From assembly GCA_048213135.1 (NCBI GenBank), contig PS015067.1, positions 102,334 through 137,742 on the forward strand: DNA of 35,409 bases, in the 5' to 3' direction. Positions 12,301-22,974 of the stretch are shown here, one piece after another (position 1 is the stretch's first letter; every line of letters begins with the position of its first letter). The notes beneath the pieces are model-generated. The model saw only the letters and a program-made list of their open reading frames with translations, did not search any database and was not told the DNA's origin. This DNA comes from Reclinomonas americana ATCC 50394 (Eukaryota). A program made the translations under genes and the position numbers.

Positions 12301-13321
12301 GCTGCAGCCGCTGATTGCGTGTGTGGGCGAGTGCGAGTGGGTGCTTCGTGTGGTGCACGGCAATGTCGGCCACCGCAGTTGCGTCACCACTCACACTCCC
12401 CTCCGCTCTCCGCACTCCACGTTCTCACACACCCGAACAAGCGCAGCACTGAATATGTTTGGGCGCNNNNNNNNNNNNNNNNNNNNCTCTCTCTCATTTC
12501 TCAGCTCCTGCTCAGCTCCTGGTCAGCTGTGCATTGCTCTTCGTCACCCACTGTGCTTTTATCTCACGCTTTCTCACTCTCTCACACACAGGATCATGAA
12601 GCAGCCTAGCAGTAACTGAACAATCCCTGCATGATGGACATCAATAGCAGCAACTGCCACACACACACACACACTCTCTCTCTCTCTCCTTCTCAGCCTC
12701 CTGCTCAGCTGTGCATTGTCTACCTGCTTGTCTTTTCTCCCTTTCCCCTCTCCCTCTCCTCCCTTCCCCCCCTTCCTCTCCCCCAGCGCACCAAGGATTC
12801 CATAGGCCTTGGGCCCCCTCTGCAAGCCGCCGACATTGCGGCAGCCATGGTTGACCATCTCCATGAGATCACGCATCTCCTTGCGAGAGTACTCGCCCGG
12901 ATCCGCGACAATCTCCAGATCCGTGAGGTTGCCCGCACCCTCTCCCATCGTCGCATCTCCACTACCACTGCCACCAGCAGCCGCAGCTGCAGCACCAACA
13001 GCAGCCGCAGACGACGAACCGGAATCGCCCGCAGATTGCGGAAGATCTGTCTCCACAATGAGCACACATCGTCGCGCCACACTGTCATGCGCACACACGC
13101 ATAGACAAAGACCTGACTTGGCCACTACTCGCTCAATCTTGAGCACGCGAAACGTGCGTCGTGCATGTTCCGTTCCGACCAAGTAGTACCTCTGCACACA
13201 ACAGACATGATGATGAGCACACAATCACACACTTGCAACACACACACACACACACACTTACTTGTGGTGTCTCGTACAAGACAAACTTTTGCAGGCAAGA
13301 GGTGACTGGAGGCAAACGCAT
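6358..13321 (-). CDS. FIG4: FIG4/SAC3-type polyphosphoinositide phosphatase with C-terminal DEP and DUF547 domains (about 30 exons; internal block 11775-12466 inverted)
   Basis: FIG4-like N-terminus [26 protein letters not shown] motifs [34 protein letters not shown], catalytic [36 protein letters not shown] phase-consistent exon chain continues to DEP ([11 protein letters not shown]...[10 protein letters not shown]) and DUF547 ([44 protein letters not shown]). Stop at 6360-6358. Confidence 0.85.
11775..12466 (+). other. FIG4: Four FIG4 exons in the opposite orientation, bounded by N gaps (probably a mis-oriented contig)
   Basis: Encodes [15 protein letters not shown]...[16 protein letters not shown]...KFVWNTYLL...VVHGNV...LNMFGR. 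This is the SAC segment missing between the minus-strand exons ending AYGILG (about 12793) and starting [11 protein letters not shown] (11710). Confidence 0.9.
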
Positions 13322-13403
13322 TGTCGGAGTGAGATGAGTGAGGCGAAAGTGACTGCGAAATTTCCTTCAGTCACACTCATTGCAAACCTTCAACGAGCAC
13401 GCT
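13322..13403. promoter_or_regulatory. Putative bidirectional promoter between FIG4 and the ARM-kinase-HECT gene
   Basis: 82 bp between divergent ATGs (13321 and 13404). Contains the reverse-complement pairs GTGACTG/CAGTCAC and ATGAGTG/CACTCAT. Confidence 0.55.
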
Positions 13404-16400
13404 ATGAGTGCGCCTCACTTGCGGCGCCCGTCCATGCCCGGACTGAGTGCCGAAGACCTGCAGCAAGTGGCCACACAAGCGCGACCTCTGTTGCGCACAC
13501 AGAAAAAAGTCTCTCTGTCTCTCTCGGTTTGTGTGCCGACTCTCACACTCACGCACACACAGAAAGTTGAGTCGGAATGTGGAGGCTGCGCGAGTTGAGG
13601 CACTGGATGGCCGCGTGCATCCGCTCATCTCACTGGCGCGCTACTCCAATGTGGAGATACTGAAGGAGGTGGCGCTGGCCCTCGCCGATGTCACCAAGCA
13701 CGGTGCGTGTGTCACGAGCACACACACACACGCACACACACACACACACACNNNNNNNNNNNNNNNNNNNNNNNNNNNNNNNNNNNNNNNNNNNNNNNNN
13801 NNNNNNNNNNNNNNNNNNNNNNNNNNNNNNNNNNNNNNNNNNNNNNNNNNNNNNNNNNNNNNNNNNNNNNNNNNNNNNNNNNNNNNNNNNNNNNNNNNNN
13901 NNNNNNNNNNNNNNNNNNNNNNNNNNNNNNNNNNNNNNNNNNNNNNNNNNNNNNNNNNNNNNNNNNNNNNNNNNNNNNNNNNNNNNNNNNNNNNNNNNNN
14001 NNNNNNNNNNNNNNNNNNNNNNNNNNNNNNNNNNNNNNNNNNNNNNNNNNNNNNNNNNNNNNNNNNNNNNNNNNNNNNNNNNNNNNNNNNNNNNNNNNNN
14101 NNNNNNNNNNNNNNNNNNNNNNNNNNNNNNNNNNNNNNNNNNNNNNNNNNNNNNNNNNNNNNNNNNNNNNNNNNNNNNNNNNNNNNNNNNNNNNNNNNNN
14201 NNNNNNNNNNNNNNNNNNNNNNNNNNNNNNNNNNNNNNNNNNNNNNNNNNNNNNNNNNNNNNNNNNNNNNNNNNNNNNNNNNNNNNNNNNNNNNNNNNNN
14301 NNNNNNNNNNNNNNNNNNNNNNNNNNNNNNNNNNNNNNNNNNNNNNNNNNNNNNNNNNNNNNNNNNNNNNNNNNNNNNNNNNNNNNNNNNNNNNNNNNNN
14401 NNNNNNNNNNNNNNNNNNNNNNNNNNNNNNNNNNNNNNNNNNNNNNNNNNNNNNNNNNNNNNNNNNNNNNNNNNNNNNNNNNNNNNNNNNNNNNNNNNNN
14501 NNNNNNNNNNNNNNNNNNNNNNNNNNNNNNNNNNNNNNNNNNNNNNNNNNNNNNNNNNNNNNNNNNNNNNNNNNNNNNNNNNNNNNNNNNNNNNNNNNNN
14601 NNNNNNNNNNNNNNNNNNNCCGTCTCTCACTCTGTGATGCAGGCGGCGCATGCCTCAACTTGGTGGAGTTCGGGGGTGTGGAACCGATCGCGGCACTGTC
14701 GTTGCACGAGAATGTGGAGGTGAGACGCACGGCGATTTCGGCGCTCATCAACATGTCGAGTCAGGTCGGTCACTTTCGCACCGTGGGCGTGTCGGCTGCC
14801 AAGTCGCTGGTCAACATGATTCGTGAGGGCGATGACACGGCGATGCGCAAGACCGGTGTGCAGGCGTTGGCGCGAGTGGCGGAGAACGGTACTTCGTCGA
14901 TCCGCTCCTGTTTCTCCTCCTCCCTCTACCGATCGCTTTCTCACGTGCATGCATGCAGTCGACTGTCACGCCACGATTCTGAAAGTCGGTGGCCACGAGG
15001 CACTGCTGGCGGTGTGCGATGAGGAGACCGATGTGGAGATGCTGTTGTCGGCGGCGCACACCTTGTCGTACTTGTGCTGCACCGATGCGTGTGCCGATGC
15101 GCTCATGGCCTCGTCGGTGTCGGCGACTGCGGCGGCCGCGGGCGATATGCGCAGCGCGGAGCAGCATACGTGCGAGACGTTGACGTCGTTGCTCAGCAAC
15201 GCCATGCACAGTGATGAGTCGCATGCGGTACTCGTGGATCCGTCGCACTCTCTGAATGCCACCTCCTCGGCCCTCTCGCCGTCGTCGTCGTCGTCAGCGG
15301 CACCGCACGGAGTGCAGACGGCGAGCACGCCAAAGTTGCCGCAAAAGATACAACGCGCACTGCGGGATGCTGCGTCGCCAGAAATGGCCGCGCTCACTGG
15401 TATGCGTGAGGAGCCGCGTCGTCACACTGGCACGCCGAGTCGGTGCGTTGCCGCCAGTCGTGCCGCTCACTCTCACAATGGAGCGATCGCTTCTCTGACC
15501 ATATTCACATCATGCAGGCGCGAAGATCACATGGCCGAGGTGTGGCGCAGTTCAGAGGGTGCCGCTGCTGCCGTGGCGTCCATGCGCTCGCACACGGCTG
15601 CGTCGTCGCCACCGCCGTTGCCGACGTCGCCCACGTCGCCCGATTCGTTCATTCGTCGCGCCCCACCCACGGCCAGTGGTGTGTCTGTGGCCGGCACGGT
15701 GGGAGGGACGCTGGCTGGTCACGGTAGTACCGCCACCGCCAGCGTCGTAGGCAACGGTGCAGGTGATGACGAGAGTCTCGACAGTCGTGGTCTGAATCGC
15801 GCCGAGGCGTTTAGGGAACGCGAGCGCGCTGGTTTCCGTGTGCCGAGTGACTGGAGCGACGTGGAGGTCTCCTTCTTATTCGCTCTTTGTGCGTGTACAT
15901 GAGTTGCCGCTCACCGTGCTGTGCACTCGCAGACGTGCATGACGGATGCGCCCGAGTACCGCATCACGAGTGTGGTCGGCGAGACGGCCAAGTGCATTGC
16001 GAACTTGTCGGTGTCGGGTTTCAGTCGCACGCTGCTGGCCAAGGGTCTGTTCACGGCGCTGTGTGCGGCGGTGGAGTTTGCCAACGGCACGCCCACCATG
16101 CGTGAGCTGGCACGAGCGTTGTATGAAGTGACCCGGGAAGGTGTGACACATCGCGCACGAAGCGCATATTGCGTTGCATTCACCAGCTGACCCGTGTTGC
16201 AGATGTGTCGGGAGACCTGCCGTCGTCCACCCTCTCGCGACTGATGGGCGTCGACGACAGCAAGACCAAGGTGTTTGCCATGCGCGTCATTCTCAATTTC
16301 GTGGCCACTTGTTGCGTCGTTTGTTGCTCCTCCTCCGTTGCTTCTCATTTCCTCACTGTCATCCGGTAACAGCGGCGGGTCGACTGTATACGGCTCAATC

Positions 16401-19400
16401 GGGAACCGTGAATGCGTTGGTGAACGTGGCGCGCTTCACCGACATTCGTGTGCAGCGAGCTTCTGCCGCGGCCCTATGCTGCATCACTGACGGTGCGTGC
16501 GCATGCAACTGTCACGTGCACCGTCGATGCTAAATTTCGTCCACTCGACGCAGAATGCAACACATACTTGAAGGACATGGGTCGCGAAGCCGTCAACTCT
16601 CTCCTGCTCTTGCTCAACTGCAAGGACTCGGAGGTCGATCGGCAAGCCGTGCAAGCATTGTGCAACATTTCCGAGCGCAGTTGCGTGCGATTTACGCGGG
16701 TTGACATGCCTACAAGTGTGCGTCGCTCACTTTTCACGCCGTGCAGTGCCTTCGCTGCGGGCCTCCATTTGTTTGGACGAGAATTTCTCGCTGCTCTTGC
16801 GTCTGCTGCACAGCACCGAGAACACGATCCAGCTGCGCATGCTGGAGACACTGCGCAACATTGCGTTGGAACGTTGCGTCGTGGGTGGTTTTCTTTTGTG
16901 AAGAGAGAGAGAGAGGAGAGAGTTGCTGACGAATTGTGCAGCCGAGTGTGTACCGCTGCTGCGGTCGCTGCAAGTGGTGGAGAAGATTGCGCAATGCACC
17001 GCCCTGGTGATGGAGGACACGCAGCTGTTGGCCTGCCAAGTGGTCATGTTCTTGTTCCCCATGAGTGCGTCACTTAATGTCTTATTCTGCTGTGCTCCGA
17101 TGCTCGCCACTCATTGCCGTTCTCCTTTCCTGTGCTGCGCTACAGATGTCCACGAGCAACGTCTGGCTCCGTACGGACCCTTCTGGAGTGTGTTCCGACA
17201 ATTGTGCTACCACTCGGACGCATCTGCATCGCTCTCGCTGCGGTGGAACGAGGAGCTGGTGCGCAAGCTGTGCCTCCCGCTCGGCGTAGCGACGTACCCG
17301 ACCTGCGTGCATGCCCTTGCCGCGTGGTGCCTGGCGCATGTGTCATTCACTGGTATGGTTGTGTGACTGTGAGGTGCTGTGGTGCACGGTGCTCATTTGT
17401 CGGCATCTGCAGAAATGGAGTGCACCAAGTTGGTGGAGTGGATGGATCTGGGGTGCATTCGTGCCGGAGCCTCATCGTCGCACCTCTTGGTGCGTCACTT
17501 GTGCTCGCTCACACTACTCAATCTCGGCTACGAAGGTACGCGATGCGCTGCGTTCCTGTTGTGTAGCATTTACCTGATCCGAGTCTCGCAGAAATCAACG
17601 AGAGCTGCGCGCCGTCACAAACCGAGGACGAGTTGCCGGTCGGTGGCCTGGATGCATTGGGTCGCGAATTGTCGCTGCAGGAGGCAGAGATGCAGCGACA
17701 TCGCAGTCGCACCGACGCATTGTTTACATACCTGCAGTCGCACAAGGTGTGTGCATTTGTCACAAGTCTATGAGCAAGTAGGTACTCTGACTGACCGCCG
17801 AGGGGAGCGCAGACCATGCTGCACGAGATCGAGAGTCTGTTTGCGTTGAATGCACAACAGCAGGGTGATGCGGGTCGACCGGAAGACGTCCTTGCGCACT
17901 CGTATGAGCTGCGCGACAATCTGCGGCGCGATCTGCGCGAATTCCTGTTGTCGCCGTCGTCACAACCGACTCCACTCGGCTCGCCCGGCGAGTCCGCCCC
18001 GCTGAATGATGATTTCGAGGAACGCGATGAAGGTTTAGTTGTTTCGCTAAGTGCCATTTGCGCCTCTCAAGTTGTGCTCACCGTGTTTCATCGCGATAGT
18101 AGCGACTTTTGGTGTCCCCACCACACCCATGACTCCGCGTCCCATCGGCGAAGACAATCCACTGTACAACCGAGCCGTGGAAATCCAGGAGCTGAGGTGT
18201 GTATGTATCGCCATGCAGAAGAAGAGTCGTGTCAGCTGATGAAACTGTCGGCATCAAAAACAGGAGCGTTGGCCGTGAGCGACTCGGCGCTCTTGTCGCC
18301 CATTCGGACACAGCGGCGGCTGCATGCGGTGCTGTTCTCGAGCTGTGCTCCCTGCTTTCGTCGCAACACGCCGAGACACTGAGCAGGTGAGCTCGGGCGA
18401 ATGGTGGCGATGTTTCCGTCTTCGCTTTTCAGACTGACGTTGCGGAAGCAGTTCATCGGAATATCCGTCGTCGCTGCATGGCACCGCGGAGGAGCTGACA
18501 CACACGCTTAAGGTGTTCCAAGACTGGCTCACGGCGTGTGAAGAAGGTGTGGTGGTGATCTCCATTGTTCCTCACAGTCACACTCTTCTTTGTTCATCGT
18601 GATCCATGGCACAGAGCAACACCGAGCAGTGCAGCACACGATGCGCGAATACAAGAACCAACTCACCATCCAATGTGAGCGCTACGCAGCCTTGCAGAAG
18701 TGGGGTGCCAGCGCATTCGACATGTTGCTCTCAGTGTCGTACAAGTTGTGTCTCCGTTGACTCGTCTCTCCGTGTCGTGCATCTGCTGATCGGCCTCCGC
18801 GCAGGTACTTTGAGCATCGTCGTGAGGTGGTGTCGCTGGGCGACGTGTTTGCGCAGTACCGCAGCATGATGTGGTCGCTGGAGCGTGAGGACGTGGAGCG
18901 CACCGAGATTCTGACATTGATCAAGGACAAGGCTCGTCTCAAGGCGCAGTGGATCGACGAGCTTAAGCGTACCAATCGCATGGAGTACGAGCTGAAGGAG
19001 ATGGAGTTGAATGGTGCCGCGGCCAACACGCTGGCCGAGGTTTGTCTCGTGTCACCACCACTGTGGCGCGCATCATATTTGTTGCTTATTCACGAATGTG
19101 ACAGGCAAGTGCGCGAGTGGATGAGCAGCGCGACAAGGTCGCGGCGATTGCTCGCAAGCAGGAGAGGTACACAGTGCTTCCCGTTGACGCCTCCACATAG
19201 AAATGTGCTGCTGACACACACGTGTGCGCACTTGCAGCATTTCTACGCGCCTTCGCGCCCTCTCCATTTCCCATGCCGACACGGTGGTGCTGTGTGGAGC
19301 ACTGGAGGCCGATGCGGCAGCTGATGAGCGACTGGTGCGCTCAGGAGTTCTCGTGCGGCGGCGCATCTCCGAAGACTACGACATTATTCGTGAACTGCGA

Positions 19401-22400
19401 CGCGCTGTGGTGCGTTGGTTCTCCTGGCGTGTGATATTTATGACATGCTGAGCTCACATGAATGGCCGCTCGCAGTTCCTGGCCAAGCTCAAGGGCGATG
19501 GTCGACTAACGGTGCTGAAGGAGTTTTCGCGTTCCGAGGAGGCGCTGCTCGAGCACGAGGTTTGTGCCGATTCGACTGCATTCATGTGAAACACCGAGTT
19601 GTAACTCTGTGCGTGCAGGCCTGCGTCTTGTCGTCGCTGAAGCATCCGTTTGTGGTCAACATTGAGGCCGTCTTCAAGGATCGGCCAAAGGGCGGTCGCG
19701 ACTGGCAGAAAGCCTACATTCAGTTCCCGTACTACGAGGTGACGAAGTGGCACACATACTCGCTCTCTTTGTCACCCCAGCTCCGTCACTCATGCGCAAA
19801 TGCAGGGCGGAACGCTGCGCGAGTGGATGAGTTCCGGCGAACGTACTCCGTGGGAGCTGGAGTGTGTGTTCCGTCAGATTGTGCAGGGAGTCGGATACAT
19901 TCACAGTCAGCGCATCGTGCATCGGTTTGTGGAAGAGAGAGAGGGGAACGCGAGTGTGACGTGATCGGATGCTGACGGCAGTGGGTGGGTGCGCAGTGAT
20001 CTGAAGCCAGAAAATGTGTTCATGACACGATTGGGTACGCCGAAGATTGCCGACTTTGGATTCGCGCGCACCGAGAGTATCCTGCGCGACTCGCGCACCA
20101 GTTGCGTTCTCCCTGCTGTGCTGTCTTCACATCTCTATTGCGCCCCTGAAGACTCACTGTCGGCGGCAGGTGAATTCATTGGAACTCGTCCATTTGCGGC
20201 GCCAGAGGTCCTGCTGCCCATGTATGCGCGCTCGCTGTCGGGCTCCTCGAAGAAGGGCAAGCACATCCGCTCGTCGGCCGGGCGATCTCGAAGCGATGCC
20301 AGCAGCTCGCTGTCACCTTCGGTTCGTGCACTCTGCCTGTCTCCATTGCATTTCCCGTGCTCTGTCCTCATGCATCTCACAGAGCAAGTCGAATCCGTCG
20401 TCGTCTTCGTCATCGTCGTCGCCCATGTCGTCGTCGCGTGCCTCGTACAAGTCGGACATGTGGAGTCTCGGTGTGATGATTTTGGAGGCTCACTTCGGGC
20501 CGCTGGAGGATTCGTTGCGTCGATGCTGTGCTTCCGTTCATGGGACAGGGACTGACCCTTGCCTCGCCCGAAACAGACCACGTCCCAAGTCCGACGCACA
20601 CAGCGTCATTTATGCAACGCCACTGGCCGCCTCCAGTGTGTTTACCAACTACTTTACTCCGACCACGCCACCGCGGACCAAGGCACGTGTGCGGATCTCG
20701 CAGTTTCCTTGCTTTTTATCGTGGCAGTGCACTCACGCACCACAACACAGCAGAAGATCTCCCGTCGCTCCAGCTCGGGATCCCTTGGCAACCCGCCAGG
20801 CGCCGCCACTGGTCTGTTTGGCAAGATTGAGATCCCCGACAAGGATGCGCTGCGAGAGAACCTTCGCCGCGACATGACGGATGAGATGTTTGCGCAACTG
20901 AGGTGAGTCGGGCGTGTCGCACAAGAGTGCTGGTGTCACGCCTCGCTGATGTTTTCATACATCGTAGATCACTGCTTCGCCGCCTGCTGGCCATCGATCC
21001 GCGCCACCGCCCAAGTGCCATTGAGTTGCTGGCTCATCCGTACTTTTCCACCCCGCATGCGCACATGCTGCACCGCGATCGCTTCTTGATTCGCAGGTGC
21101 GGGCCCGTGCTTCAGTGTTCACGTGTGTCTGTCTGTCTGTGTGCACTCACGTGTCGGCACACAGCGACGACAAGATTCGACAGATCCGCGAGGTGTGCGA
21201 CGAAAAGTCCCGCGACATCCCGCCCATCGAGCTCACCGTGTCGCGGGCCCACATTGTCAATGACGTGGTGGAGGTGCGAACGCACACACGCGTGCGAGTC
21301 GGTTGTGCACTAATGTGTAATATCTAACAACCCTACTATTTTTCCACGCGCGGCAGGTCTTTAGCGCCATGACACTCGACGAAGACATGCTGGCACCGCT
21401 GCACACGCAGCTGCTGGAGGACAGTGGCGAGAGCGGCGAGGACATGGGTGCCGTGTCGGACGACATGTTTACCGAATTCTTCACGCGTGTTCTCGATCCG
21501 AAGCTGGGGTACGTCGGCGTGTGGAATGCGTTTATTATCCAAGCTTGGTGTGCTCATCTTGCGTTGTGTTGCAGCTTGTTCGAGGCGTCGTGCGGCATCA
21601 ACGGTGCCGACCCAGACAGCGAGTTGTATTTGCCGGTGCCAAACACCGATGCTGAGTTTGCGTACGAGAGTGTTGGTGCGGCGCTGCTCAAGTGCCTCAT
21701 TGACAACCGCCCGGTGCACGCGCGATTTGCGCCGTCGCTCTTCAAGTACTTGCTCGACATTGACCCGTCGTACACCGATCTAGAGGTTGGCTGCCGCGCG
21801 CATTGATATGTGTGTGTGTGCGCTCGACAGTAGCTGACCATTGCTCGCGTCGCAGTTGTACGATCCGCAGTACGCACACAACCTGCGCGAGTACGTGCTG
21901 CACAAGACGATCACGGAGCCGACGTATTTGCACTTTATCAGTGACACGGGTGAAGAGAAGGAGCTGAGCGAGGAGAACAAGTACGAGTACGTGAGGAAAC
22001 AGGTGCGGTTGCAGTTGCTTCTTGTGGAAGTCAAAGAAGTACGACCTCGCTCACTCTCCTCTGGTCCACAGATTTACGAAAAGTTGATTGGCTGCCGGAA
22101 ACAGCATCTGGAGGCCATCAAGCGCGGCTTCACACGCGTCAACATGTCGTTGTGGCTGAAGGGTCTCAACTGCACCGAGCTCATGTTGTTGCTGTGCGGC
22201 GAGGACTACTTGGACTCGGACATGGTGCTGCAGAATGTGGTCTTCTCGTCGTCCTTCCCCGAAGGGTCACCGACCCCGGACTATGCGCGGAGATTCCTGC
22301 GTGATTGCGATTCAACAGGTGTGCGGTTTGATTGGTGGGGCGCTGTTGCTCTTTGTCATAGTCGCACGACTCAACAGAGAGCGTCACTCACAGCTCTGCG

Positions 22401-22852
22401 ACGATTCCTCCGTCTGTGCACCTCGTTGATTGCCATTCCGTACGGTGGCTTCCAACAGAAGATCACCGTGTTCCCTTCGAGTTGCGTCCCTCGTGTTTCT
22501 CCAGGAAGCAGCCACTCGGCCTCACACGCGCTCTCCTCTCGTCCGAACAGGCCGTCTGTATGCGCAGACGTGCTTCCACCACTTGGAGGTGCCGGAGCTG
22601 CCGTCGTACGAGGACTTTGCGGCGGCAATGCTGGCCGCCATTGTGGCTGTCGACAGTGCAGGTATCATTGTCATGAGACTGTTTATTGGTGTCTATTCTC
22701 ATGTTCTTCTCATCACCTTCACCCCTTTCTCTCTCCCTGCACCAGGCATGGAGGAGGACGTGGAGTCGAACGACGGCGATTTTGAGTTGCAAGACGACCA
22801 GCAAATGGGACAGTTTGACCGATCGCCCTCTGGCCAGTCACTCGACAGTTGA
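13404..22852 (+). CDS. Armadillo-repeat + coiled-coil + Ser/Thr protein kinase + HECT E3 ubiquitin ligase fusion (more than 35 exons; one gap at 13752-14619)
   Basis: ARM-like repeats (GGVEPIAALS..VEVRRTAISALINMS; GTVNALVNVA..IRVQRASAAALCCI; EVDRQAVQALCNIS). Kinase motifs TVLKE, LKHPFVV, HRDLKPEN, KIADFG, GTRPFAAPE, SDMWSLGV, DPRHRPSA. HECT motifs GEDMGAV, FAPSLFKYLL, DLELYDP, EENKYEYV, LEAIKRGF, and AQTCFHHLEVP (Cys at 22571-22573). All junctions traced are GT-AG and in phase. Stop at 22850-22852. Confidence 0.8.
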
Positions 22853-22974
22853 GCCGACAGCTTCCAGTATTGCAGCTGGTCGGCGCGCGTGTACCACTAC
22901 GGGTTATATTGTTGTTGATGATGTTGTTGTAGAGCGGAATGGAATGCAGGGTCTCCACATAATGTACGCGATTT

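Noticed and set aside
13718-13751. (CA)n, (CT)n and (GA)n tracts near gaps and in introns
   Set aside because: Ordinary intronic microsatellites that probably caused the assembly breaks; no evidence of a special function.
13447-15022. Long ORFs spanning N runs (also around 1001-1332 and 24636-24825)
   Set aside because: Their length comes from untranslatable Ns, not coding sequence.
13404-17550. Calling the ARM region a stand-alone Vac8 orthologue next to FIG4
   Set aside because: No N-terminal MG/CC lipidation motif, the repeats are divergent, and the frame continues into kinase and HECT domains.
20683-20750. Possible GC-AG intron (AAG|GCACGT)
   Set aside because: An in-phase GT donor (GTGCGG) lies 6 nt downstream at 20689, so GC is not required.
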